DNA of 64,000 bases from assembly GCF_963506605.1 (NCBI RefSeq), contig NC_083281.1:45446001-45510000 (forward strand), written 5' to 3'. The notes beneath the pieces were generated by a model. That model searched no databases. It was given only the letters and a program-made list of their open reading frames with translations, and was not told the origin of the DNA. Made by a program: the position numbers and the translations under genes. Below, in pieces: positions 26,001-35,654 of the stretch (the first letter of the stretch is position 1; the number at the start of each line of letters is the position of its first letter). This DNA is from Zootoca vivipara. Taxonomy: Eukaryota.

Positions 26001-29000
26001 GTGCTGAGGGAGAAGAAAACAAAAAAAATTTGTGCGCACACACAGCTTCTAAGCAGCAGATCAGGGCAAATGGTATCTGTATTCCTAGCAGCCAAAATGC
26101 ATAACCAACCAGCCATCCTGATTGATGGCTGTGTCTCGTGTCTCTTGTTTGCTGACTGTAGGTGATCAGGGCTTGGCTTTGGATACTGGAACGGAGAAAG
26201 CAGAGTATTGTGGGACCTCAGTCGCTTAACTGACTCTGCCCTCCCTTCGCAGACCAGTTTGATTTAGGGGTGAGCTAACATTATTTGACATAACATGGGT
26301 GCAGTGCAGATTCTTAGTGAAAAGTTTCTTTTGAATTCCTGCCACCTTGACATATCAGCTGAGGCTTCATCCATCTAATATGCTGCTAAAGGGAAGTGTA
26401 CACAAGTCACCAGAGGGTGGAAGGATTTCATAGCCCCACCCCCTGCTGATTGTGCAAATATCCCAGTGGTTGCTACAAAGTGGTCGGTGGCTTATTCTTG
26501 GGCTTGCTTCATGTCTATATATCCATAACCAGTTGCCATGGCCCCTCTCTCCCTTCCCATGTGCTGGTGCAGACCATCAACTAGTTGTGAGCTCGTTGAG
26601 TGCAGTTGCCGCTTCCTTCCCCATCCTATGACATCCCTCTTCCTGATGCTTAAAAGTTGAGGAGGTTGCTTGGCCTGTTCATTCCCTCTGTGGCTCTTTT
26701 GTTCTGTCAAGTCACTGAGTGTGTATCTGGGCCAAGCCTTGGCCAAGCCCCAGTGCCCTCCAGGTGTTTTGAACTGCAATTCCCATCAGTATGTGTTGGT
26801 CAGGGCTGAAGGAAGTTGCAGTCCAAAACACCTGGAGGGCTTGGCAAATGCTGATCTGGATTCCATTTGATTGCATTGCAGTTCATAATGAAATTGTCCT
26901 TTTTATGTACACGACTTAAGAAACTTGTACGTAGGTGTAAGCAGCCTGTCTTTAGGCCTCAGGGCAGCTGGCCACAGCATAGTAGCCTCCAAGCAATGTT
27001 GAAAATGGTGTGTGGGATTATGAAGATGAATCCTTCATAATATGATCTGTAATCAGCATACCTGGAACAGCAACAAAGCCTTCTTAGCTGTTGAATGTTT
27101 GAACCATCACAAAATCAGGAAGGACCATGTTATGGTAGGATCTCAAAGGATCTCCTGGTTTTGGTGCAAGGTAGCCTAGCTGACCCCAATCTAATCCTCC
27201 TTACATTTTGAGAAATTGAGTCCAGCAGTAGCTTGAAGGGGATGATTTTGAGTGGGAAAGTGGTACAGGGAAATCCCCTCCCCTTCCCCCCCCCCCCCGG
27301 TGGTGATGATCCAGACCAGGACACTTGCAGCTGTTGTAGTTAGTCATTAGCATGTTGTTCAAGAAAGTTCTGAAACTCACATCTAGTTTGACCCTCATAT
27401 TAAGCATACATTTTTCCTATCCCTTATGTCTGTGGAGAAATCGTGCCCTGTGGAATCTCTGACACCCAAGTACAAGAGAAGGGGACAGGCAGACTTCAGA
27501 ATAAAATGACTGAAAACAACCAGTCTTTATGTGTGAAATTTGCCTAGTTTGGAATAAGTTGCAGAGAACCCTGCTTTTCTTTCTCTCTAGCGTAGAGTAC
27601 ACACAGGCCTTTGTGTTTGCCTCTGCCTGAGCAAAGTGGCCTGGGGGACTCCCTGTTCAGCATGATCTCCAAGTCTCTCATTCCCAGTTTGTGCTAATCC
27701 TCAATTTTTGTCTCCAAAGTGTATGTGTGGAATTGCAGGCTGTATAGTCTGCATGAGAAAGGACTTCTTGTGGGTGATTAAAAATCTCTCCTTGCTCCCC
27801 ACGAGGCCCCAGTATGACTTTGCATGACTTTCCCCCTCTGAGATCATAGAGCCCCCTGGACCTCTGGCTGCTCAGGGTGGGAAGCTTTCTTTGCAGATGT
27901 GTTGCTGTGCCAGTGCAGAGTTTGTCTCTTGAGTGTTCACTTTCTCAGGGTCATGGTCTCTTCTTCAGGCTTCAAATCCCAGATGTTCTTCTAACTCACT
28001 TCTGATCAGATATTGAGTGCTTTTTAAATAGCTGGCGAGAGGTGCATGAACCATAACTGGCTTTGTGCATTACTCTGTGCACCTACCCACCTCCCTTCCT
28101 ACACATTTCCCCCATTATTTTCTGCTCTGACAAACAGCCTTGAATGTTAATGGTTCGTGCAAATAGGGGAACTTCAAGGGAATTGCACTTTTGTGTATTT
28201 GCACGTATTATTGCAACTGCAACAGGGACTTGCACAGGAGGAGGGGTGGGAGGCAGGAATTCCCTCTGTTAGGTAGAGGTCTTGTGTTGTTTTATTCTGC
28301 GAGAGATGCACCAGGTCCCCACCTTGGATGTTAATGGCTTGATCACATGGAGTAAGCACAGCTTGGTCAGTCTTGCCTGGGCCTTTTCAGCCAAAGTCCC
28401 CCTGAGAATGATCTTGAATTGGGAATGGGATCCATGCATACCCCTATAAGGCATTTATTGATAACATCTTGCAGATTAGTTACCAGCTGCTCTAGCACCA
28501 TTGACGCATATAAACTGGTGTACACGAGACTCGGAGACCCAGAGAAGCCTCCAGCTCTTGTGGATGCAGTGAAAGCCCAATGACCTGCATGGCTGCTGGC
28601 ACCTCATGGCTTCCATCTTTCCCGACTCTGCATGTGTCTCCCTTCCCCTTCACCCAGTGGGCAGCTAGAAGCAAATCTAAGAACTAAATGGGAAAACATG
28701 GCCAAAGGAATGAGTGAAATCATGGGCTTGGGCCAGTCTTCGCGTCTGTAAGCACAGGGCACGGCTAGTTTGCTTGCAGCCCATGCTCTTGTTTTGAAAG
28801 TGGACGTTGCCTGTCCTCCTGGTACAGCGTTTCCTGCTGTGTGGCCTCTGCCAAGCTCATTCCCTCTCGCTGATTTGGACTCCAGCTCTCACAGCTGTGT
28901 TGGGAGCTGTATTTCTGGAGGGCACCAGATTGGCAAAGGCTGCTTTCATGCCAGGCTGGCCATGCACCAGTACACTCTGTGTGCTCGTGTGGCCACAACC

Positions 29001-32000
29001 ACTTGGATACTAGGAAGGTCTCCCTTTTCAAATCTTTCTTGCTTCAGTCTCCATATGCCACATGGAACATACCTTCTACAGTCAGATTGGTGGCTGGGAT
29101 TATGCCTTTTCCACCAAGGTTATGCAAGGATTAGCTTACTTCCGTGGTAGAGCATCTGCTTTGCCTGCAAAAGTTCCCAGATTCAATCCCTAGCATCTCC
29201 TGGTAGGGCTGGAGGAGTTCTCTATCTGAAACCCAGGAGAGCTTCTGCCTGGTCACATTAGCCAGATCAATGGAATTCCTGCCTCTGCATAAGGCAGCTT
29301 CCTATGATCCTGCTTTAGCTGCCTCTTCCCTAGGCTTTGCCCACTGAACCAGACAGACCTTCCTTCCTTCTGTTCTTGCTGCTGTCTTGACTGCCTTTTA
29401 TAGAGTCTCCCTGTGTATTAGCTGCTCCTGTTTGCTTGGTTGGTCCTAAGGCAGAGCTTCCAGGGCCGCGGGCTGAATGTTCTCCTCCCAAAGCTTCCCT
29501 GCTTGCCCTCAGTCTGCAGTCTCTCTCACTCATCACTGCCTCTAAAATGCTGCTCTGTCTACTGCAGAAATCCAGGAGATGGAAGAGCAGCAAGCGAGAG
29601 GGGACGGATGCTGCCAACCGGCCCATCAAAGCTGCCGGGAAAGTGATCATTCAGGATGTCTCTTGTCTACTTCCTGTCCACAAATTGCTAGGGGAGATGT
29701 ACATGTGAGTACCTTGACCACATGTGCAAAAAACTCTGTGGCAATTCAGTCTTGGGTACTGTTCTGGGGGGCAGGTTAAGAACTCAGCCCATGATCCTTG
29801 TTTTGTATTCTGCACTTTCTGTTGCAGGCCTTTACCCTATCAGAACAGAAGGTCTGTCCCTGGGCTGCCTACAATCCTAAATGCCTTCCTCCACCCCCAC
29901 CCCCACCTTTTGAGGGCATGCAAATAGCCACTTGCCTGGTTGTCTGTGGTGAGCTAGGTTCCCCCCAGCTGACCAGGCAAATCCACATTCTCTTTTTTAG
30001 CCTTAAAGATCTCCTGGCTGTGATTCAGGCTTCTCTTCCTGGAAGGGGGAAAGATGGAACCCTGAACCCACTTCCAGAGCTCAGTCTTTCATTCAAGGAA
30101 TGTTGTGTTCTGGAGACTGGAATTCACTCCTTCCAGCCTAGATCTTAGAGCCTAGTGACTGCTTTGCGCACTGCTGTTTCCAAGCTACAGAATGGCAACA
30201 GAGAGCTGAGGTGCCTTGAGTGCTATGTCTCCACCTGTCCTGGCAGAAAAAGAAGGGAGATTCAGTAACTAGCCACTGCCCAAGTGGTCTGCCAACAGTC
30301 ATCACTCCCAGTCTCAACAGAAGAGGAAGGGAAGCTGCAGAGCTGGCCTCAAGTGTTTTTGTCTGGTTGGAATCTGTCTTTGAATTGTTAAAATGCCTCT
30401 TGCTTGTTGGGTGGTGGTGGTGGGCTTCAGAAGCTTCTGTCTTTTGCATGGTTGGAATATAGACTACAGCACACAGGTAAAAGCTCCACCCATCGCTCTT
30501 CCCATCTTTGTCTCTGGCCTTACCCACCAGCAGCCTTCAATTCCAGTAAGATTGCCTGTGAGGGAATTCAATTCTCTGGCTGAAAAGGGTTCCCCACTCC
30601 TGCTTTACATGAAATATGGAGAATCAGGCCAAGCCTTTGAGAATGATGCCCCCCCCCCTTGTGCATCACCTGCTGTTCTTGTCCTTCAGACTGAACGTGA
30701 CTGACATCCAGGAGACCTGTCAGAAGAACGCTGCCTCTGCTCTGACTGTGGGACGCAAGGATCTCTTGCAGGTACTCTTACTAGCCCAGCAAGGCATCTC
30801 CCATCACTTTGCAATACTGTCTGGGGAGCATCTTGACTTCAGGAGCAGCAGAGAGTGGGCCCAAGGGCCGAGCCCCTCCAGCCTTTCCAGCCTGAGCTTT
30901 TTACTCTCTTCTTTGTTGCTCAGCTACTCCCCCATCCCTGTTCTAGTGACCCCCTCTCTTCTATAGGTGGAATTACACCATCCATGCAACATGGGGCTAT
31001 GGCTTTCAGCAGGAACTGGGAGGTTCTTTGTTCCCTACAGTGTTACTGCTTACTTTGTGGGCTGCACAGCATGGGCATCTATGTGTGTGTGTGCCCATCA
31101 TCTGCTTCTTCTCTTCCAGGTCTGGTCACTGGCCACAGTAGCAACTGATCTCTGCCTTGGCCCAAACTCCGACCCAGACTTGGAGACCCCCTGGGCCCAG
31201 CATCCGTTCGGCCGCCAGCTCCTGGATTCTCTGTAAGCAGCTGGAATAGGAATCGGGAGGGTGGGGGGAGAAGCGAGGACCTGAAGGCTTAAACAAAACA
31301 GTGCCCTTTGTTTTCTTTCTATTTTTTTCTGGATGCCTCTTGGGTGTTGAGTGGTTGGTCACCTATAACTGTGTCAACAGTTTCTGCACTCCCACGGTTT
31401 GGGGAATCATTGAGGTCATCAGGAATCTGCTTTGGCTACTGCTCCCTCAGCCCTAGCTAACATGTGCTGTTGGCAGCCAGTCCCATAAGTATTCTGTTGT
31501 GGTGTAAATAAATCCTATCATTGGTCTGCCCTGAATATTTTTCCAGTTGGTTTCATTGGATGTCTCTCGGTTCTCCTATTATTACAGAGGGAGGGAGAGA
31601 GAGTTATTTTGCTATGCCATGCAACACTTCATTATCCTCTGTCATAGCTGGGTGCGGATTCTGTGGTCTGCCAGATGCAGGGAGACTCCAGTTCCCATCA
31701 CCCATGATCATTGGCCATGCTGGCTGGGGCTGATGGGAGTTGTAGTCCAACAACTTCGGGAGGGCCACAGGTTCACAAGTCCTTCATCTGTGGTGTCCCT
31801 TGTCAGTCATATTTTGTTCTCAATTAAAAGTACCCACTCACAAAAAATTGTTTAGCTTTTTGTTATTGCTGAAGCACCGGTGTGTTCATTTTCAAATTGT
31901 AGATCATCCAGGATCTCATTGGATGGTGCTTATGTTCCCCAAGGCTACCCAGCCCATCCTTTGCAAATATGAAGACTTATAAAACCATAGAGACTTGAGG

Positions 32001-35000
32001 GGAAAAACGTGTCTCTCTGTCAGGCAGTGTTTGTGGGGGGCTTTGTCTTTGTTTTAGTCCAAGCTTTGTATACTTTGCAAAGTGAATCTGAAACCAGGCA
32101 CAAAAATTCAGCATCCTGTTCTCTCACCTTTTCCTTTGCAAATGAAAGCAAAAACAAGTGCAGACCCCCTTTTTTTTGCTATGAAGAAAATCCCAAGAAA
32201 CATTGGGAAGTATGAAGAATGTGAAATCCCCAACCTGCTGGTGGTAATGCTAAGCAGGAATTCTGCTTTGGAGCATTTCTTTGCCTCCTCTTTGGTTTTG
32301 TTGAGAGATATTTTCCTCTAAGATGTTGGGTTGCCAAATTTGAATTATTTTTTCTTTGGGAGCAGGTGCCCCCCATCTCTTTGAGCCTTTGTGTGAGTGG
32401 CCGTTGGTCTACCCAGTCTTCTCTTTCCCTCTCCTTCCTAGGGTGGCCCACTATTGCCAGCTCCATGACGTACAGACTCTAGCCATGCTGTGCAGTGTCT
32501 TTGAAGCCCAGTCCAGGCCACAGGGAGCCCTGATTCCTGTGGGATTCTTTCCTCAACGCTCCTCCAACCACAGCCGATATGTACGGGTAGACTCTTCCTC
32601 TAACTTCTTTCCCCAAAAGGACCAGTCAAGGTTGGTTCTTCTGGTGATGCAACTTCCCTCTTGTCTCTCTCCCAACAGCCCAGCTTTACCTCCTCTGGCT
32701 CCTGTTCCAGCATGTCAGACCCTGGGCTCAGCACCAGCAGCTGGAACATAGGTGAGTGCACTGCTGTCGGCTCTGAAATATCCAGTAGGAAGAGATTTTG
32801 GCATTTTGGAAGGTCACCTCCCAGCCCTCTTTGTTCAGATAAGAAAGCCTAGGTTTTTATATCTGGGTCGTTTCCTTTGTACTTTGGGGACTTAATAATT
32901 GTGAGCCACTTTGAGAACCCAGATGGCATTACAAATGGGATTTTAAAATAAAAAATAAATTTGGGTTGTCGCTTTGCACTTGGCAAATCTGCTTGCAAAA
33001 GGGCAATTGAACACAATTGTGAAAAGCACTTTCCATTGACTACCCAAGCCCAGCTCTTCGGTGACTTGGCCTCAATTCACAATTAGAGGCAGTGACTGGC
33101 CCAAAGCGACCTGGTGAGCTTCATGGCTGCATGGGGATTGAACCCTGGTCTCCTAGGTCTTAGTCCAAAACTCCATCTCCACCAGCACACCCCTCTGTGA
33201 GCTGCCACCATCTTGTAAGGTCTTCTGTCCACCCTTTGACCTCTTGCAGCCAGCAAAGAATTGGACCACATACCAGCCTGGGGCGAGTCTTCACCTGATG
33301 ACTTCCGCTTTGGGAACTTGGCATTCGCTGACCACCGGGATCGGGAGAAGGATCAGCATGACAAGAACAAAAGGTACAGAAGGGTGATCAGGCGTGGGAG
33401 GGAGGGAGGCAGAAAATTTTCTGGTGTCCTTGGTTGAATGTGTTGCCACAAGGGAGGTGAACTGAGCTTCAAATCAACTCCATTCCCATTGGCTCTGCAT
33501 TCCCATTTTTTTGAGCATTTCCTGTTCCCTCCTAGAGTGCAATTAGGCTGAGGCAGGGGTGGGAAGTGGGGAACCTTTGCAACTCCAGGCTAGCTCTTGG
33601 TTTAACTGGGGAGTGCAGCTGAGCCAGCAGGTCGTTTTGGTCTGCCAGGGAGCTAGAATATCAACACACACATTTATTTTTGAGGTCCTCATGTTTTCAT
33701 TTCTTTTTAAGTCTTCCATGCCAATCTCCCACAAACAATATTATTCAAGTTTTAAGTTATCCTTCCTCAAGCTGCACCCCAGGCAGCACTTGGAGAGCAT
33801 GAACTTGGGCATGGGTGTAGCCATGATTGTTGGGGGGGGGGGCAGGCTTTTGTTAGGGAAGCAGAACCTCAGATTTTGATTGATTGGGGGGACGGACAGC
33901 TGCCTCCCTGGCTCCCCCCTGGCTACACCCATGAGCTTAGGAAAGGCTGTTTTAAATGCTGATATGTTTGTGCACAGTTTTCTCTTTGGAGGGATCTTGC
34001 CAAACCCGAGGAGGAAAAACCCTGGTGCTCTCCTTCACACTGATACAGCTGGTGGCCAACACTGTGCTCCTTGAATGCTGTGTCTATTACATTATTCAGC
34101 TGTACAGTTTTATATTTTTGCAAACTATTGCCAAGATAGAAGTTTCTCTCTACATTACACAAACATGCGTGCTCAATCTCCTCCGCCTCTTCCCAATTTT
34201 AGAAAGTTTAATTCTTTGTGAAAGTGCTAGAATCTGAGCCACTTTTCTTAACTGTTTGACCTTCAGAGGCACATATAGTGGAACCTCGGGTTTTGAGCAT
34301 CTCGGAAGCTGAACAATTCGGAAGCCGAACAATTTGGAACCCGAATGCCGAAAACCCAGAAGTAATTGCTTCCGTTTTTGAACGTGTCTCAGAAGTTGAA
34401 TGGCTTCCAAGGCGCGTTTCTCCATTTTTTTCAATTGATTTTGCCAACTATCCATTGATCCTTGGTTTTTGAATGTTTTGGGAGTTGAACGGTCTTCCGG
34501 AATGGATTACGTTCGAAAACCGAGGTTCCACTGTACTACGATAATTCTGCGTACTACAATCATACAAAACTGAGAAGAATAAAAAGCAGCAGCATGAAGC
34601 AAAGCCCATCTAGGTAACTTGGAACATGCAGGAAAAACCTACATAAACACAAAACAAAATCAGATAGGTCCCTGCCCCTAAGAGCACACAATCTGAATTT
34701 TATTTGGAGGGTGGGGAGGGACAAAGGAAGAGAGGTGCAGAGGTGGTATCATGCAGTGACTGTGAGTGAATTCCAGCCTTTGCTAGCCTGGGACAAAGGC
34801 ACTTAGGTGCCCTTTGGCTTCATTGTATGTGGAGATGAGGACTCTGGGATCTTTCTCCAGGCTTCTGGACCCAGCCAACACCCAGCAGTTTGATGACTTT
34901 AAGAAGTGCTACGGAGAAATCCTTTACCGCTGGGGCCTGCGAGAGAAGCGGGCGGAAGTTCTCAAGTTTGTCTCTTGCCCCCCTGACCCGCACAAGGGGA

Positions 35001-35654
35001 TTGGTGAGTGGAAACCTCGATGGAGGAACTGTAGAACTCAGTGGAAAAGTAGATGCTGTGCCTGCAAGAAGGTCCTGGGTTTCCTTCCCACAGAAATTGT
35101 CCTTGGACTGGGTAGTTCAGGCCCCTCTCTTTCCTCTCTCCCTCCTACAAAATTGATTCATGGGAGCAGAGAGTCTTTCTACTTTGGTTAGTGGGATATT
35201 TGCTGGAGGGGACTTTTTAGCTTCTTCTGTTGAGATGCCCTCTGGCAGAATAAAAAGAAGGCAAAACCAAAGAGCCCACAGTGGTGGTGTTAGTAACATG
35301 CTGGCTTCCAGATCCTACCTTTCCGATATGCCAGCCTTTCCCTTGCGGATGCAGCCTTACTTGCAAGAGCCCCTCCAATAACTTCTCCACTGCTTCTCCT
35401 TTCTTTCTCTCCTTGCAGAGTTTGGGGTCTACTGCAGCCACTGCCGCAGCGAAGTGCGTGGCGTTCAGTGTGCCCTCTGCAAGGGCTTTGCGTTCCAGTG
35501 TGCCATCTGCCACGTGGCAGTGCGAGGCTCTTCCAACTTCTGCCTGACCTGCGGGCACGGAGGACACACCAGCCACATGATGGAGTGGTTCCGCACTCAG
35601 GAAGTGTGTCCCACAGGCTGTGGGTGCCACTGCTTGCTGGAGAGCACTTTCTGA
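2177..35654 (+). CDS. WDR59: WDR59 (GATOR2 complex subunit; WD40 repeats, RWD domain, C-terminal zinc finger/RING), 5'-partial multi-exon gene, exons 3-26
   Basis: 24 exons with GT-AG boundaries and consistent phases (2809 nt) splice into a continuous frame from [12 protein letters not shown]... to ...[15 protein letters not shown], matching vertebrate WDR59. Start codon exons are not in the window. Confidence 0.98.
3570..3655 (+). CDS. WDR59: WDR59 exon 4
   Basis: tttcag|AGC..AG|gtacgg; [28 protein letters not shown]. Confidence 0.96.
4768..4804. repeat. (CA)n microsatellite
   Basis: Direct reading. Confidence 0.95.
5181..5261 (+). CDS. WDR59: WDR59 exon 5
   Basis: ttctag|T GAT..AA|gtaagt; [26 protein letters not shown]. 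Confidence 0.96.
5953..5990 (+). CDS. WDR59: WDR59 exon 6
   Basis: ttttag|G GAC..G|gtaagt; [12 protein letters not shown]. Confidence 0.95.
6852..6940 (+). CDS. WDR59: WDR59 exon 7
   Basis: ctgcag|CT GGT..CGG|gtgagt; [29 protein letters not shown]. Confidence 0.96.
7021..7137 (+). CDS. WDR59: WDR59 exon 8
   Basis: ttgcag|AAA..AGG|gtaggt; [39 protein letters not shown]; preceded by an 80-nt intron. Confidence 0.96.
7555..7604 (+). mobile_element. 5'-truncated Sauria SINE tail
   Basis: GTCGGACACGACTGG..(ACCTTT)n, nearly identical to the tail of the adjacent full copy. Confidence 0.85.
7619..7985 (+). mobile_element. Full-length Sauria SINE
   Basis: tRNA-like head (GGTGGCGCTGTGGGTTAA..GGTTCGAATCC), BovB-like tail GTCGGACACGACTG, (ACCTTT)n end, 14-bp TSD aaatttgtttgtaa (7605-7618 / 7986-7999). 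Confidence 0.92.
8147..8280. mobile_element. Representative of an abundant palindromic MITE family (others at about 6172, 21110, 25336, 26745, 31656, 38855, 39940, 40150)
   Basis: Recurrent hairpin ..ccagatg..ggactacaactcccatca..tgatgggagttgtagtcc..catctgg. Confidence 0.7.
8704..9390 (-). mobile_element. L2-clade LINE 3' fragment
   Basis: Open ORF2 C-terminus [30 protein letters not shown], 3' UTR and (TTA)n tail. Confidence 0.9.
9765..9842 (+). CDS. WDR59: WDR59 exon 9
   Basis: ttgaag|TTT..ACG|gtaagg; [26 protein letters not shown]. Confidence 0.95.
10480..10636 (+). CDS. WDR59: WDR59 exon 10
   Basis: ttctag|CCT..G|gtgcgt; [52 protein letters not shown]. Confidence 0.96.
11389..11468 (+). 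CDS. WDR59: WDR59 exon 11
   Basis: tttcag|GA TCC..CGG|gtaagt; [26 protein letters not shown]. Confidence 0.96.
12486..12618 (+). CDS. WDR59: WDR59 exon 12
   Basis: ttccag|CTG..G|gtgagg; [44 protein letters not shown]. Confidence 0.95.
12757..13014 (+). mobile_element. 5'-truncated, internally deleted Sauria SINE
   Basis: Matches body and tail of the 7619 copy; flanked by a 69-bp direct duplication. Confidence 0.88.
14122..14246 (+). CDS. WDR59: WDR59 exon 13
   Basis: tgacag|CC TTG..GAG|gtaggt; [41 protein letters not shown]. Confidence 0.95.
15393..15557 (+). CDS. WDR59: WDR59 exon 14 (RWD domain)
   Basis: tggcag|ATG..AAG|gtgggt; [55 protein letters not shown]. Confidence 0.96.
15777..15872 (+). 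CDS. WDR59: WDR59 exon 15
   Basis: ttgcag|ATC..GTG|gtagga; [32 protein letters not shown]. Confidence 0.95.
17380..17536 (+). CDS. WDR59: WDR59 exon 16
   Basis: tttcag|AAC..G|gttggt; [52 protein letters not shown]. Confidence 0.96.
18740..18809 (+). CDS. WDR59: WDR59 exon 17
   Basis: tcacag|GG TAC..CG|gtaagt; [22 protein letters not shown]. Confidence 0.96.
19432..19585 (+). CDS. WDR59: WDR59 exon 18
   Basis: gttcag|A TCC..AGG|gtaagt; [51 protein letters not shown]. Confidence 0.96.
21694..21750 (+). CDS. WDR59: WDR59 alternative 57-nt cassette exon (between exons 18 and 19)
   Basis: Long pyrimidine tract, gcacag|ATG..CCG|gtactg, phase 0/0, encodes [19 protein letters not shown]; resembles the 19-aa insert I recall from long mammalian WDR59 isoforms. 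Confidence 0.85.
22012..22445 (+). mobile_element. CR1 LINE 3' fragment
   Basis: [42 protein letters not shown]. Confidence 0.88.
22641..22776. mobile_element. hAT-type palindromic MITE
   Basis: TIR caggcat(t/c)cccaaact; 8-bp TSD ataaagaa/atatagaa. Confidence 0.8.
22900..23008 (+). mobile_element. Very short L2 3' end with (TTA)n tail
   Basis: gccgcccagagtggc..cccagccagatggg matches the 3' UTR of the L2 at 8704-9390. Confidence 0.8.
24560..25035 (+). mobile_element. Degenerate L1/Tx1-like 3' end
   Basis: AT-rich L1-like C-terminal coding remnants ending in AATAAA and an A-rich tail. Confidence 0.45.
25611..25888. mobile_element. GC-rich non-autonomous DNA transposon (PIF/Harbinger-like MITE)
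   Basis: Imperfect terminal inverted repeats aggggcgtag../..ctacggccat with G-run subterminal motifs and an internal inverted segment. Confidence 0.5.
29568..29704 (+). CDS. WDR59: WDR59 exon 19
   Basis: ctgcag|AAA..AT|gtgagt; [45 protein letters not shown]. Confidence 0.96.
30690..30771 (+). CDS. WDR59: WDR59 exon 20
   Basis: cttcag|A CTG..CAG|gtactc; [27 protein letters not shown]. Confidence 0.96.
31120..31232 (+). CDS. WDR59: WDR59 exon 21
   Basis: ttccag|GTC..CT|gtaagc; [37 protein letters not shown]. Confidence 0.96.
32442..32580 (+). CDS. WDR59: WDR59 exon 22
   Basis: tcctag|G GTG..TAT|gtacgg; [46 protein letters not shown]. Confidence 0.95.
32679..32751 (+). CDS. WDR59: WDR59 exon 23
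   Basis: caacag|CCC..G|gtgagt; [24 protein letters not shown]. Confidence 0.95.
33250..33373 (+). CDS. WDR59: WDR59 exon 24
   Basis: ttgcag|CC AGC..AG|gtacag; [40 protein letters not shown]. Confidence 0.94.
34276..34533. mobile_element. Tc1/mariner (Tigger-like) MITE
   Basis: TIR (c/t)agtggaacctcgg / ccgaggttccactg, TA on both sides. Confidence 0.85.
34861..35003 (+). CDS. WDR59: WDR59 exon 25
   Basis: ctccag|G CTT..G|gtgagt; [47 protein letters not shown]. Confidence 0.96.
35419..35654 (+). CDS. WDR59: WDR59 exon 26 (terminal; zinc finger/RING)
   Basis: ttgcag|AG TTT..TGA; [77 protein letters not shown]. Confidence 0.97.
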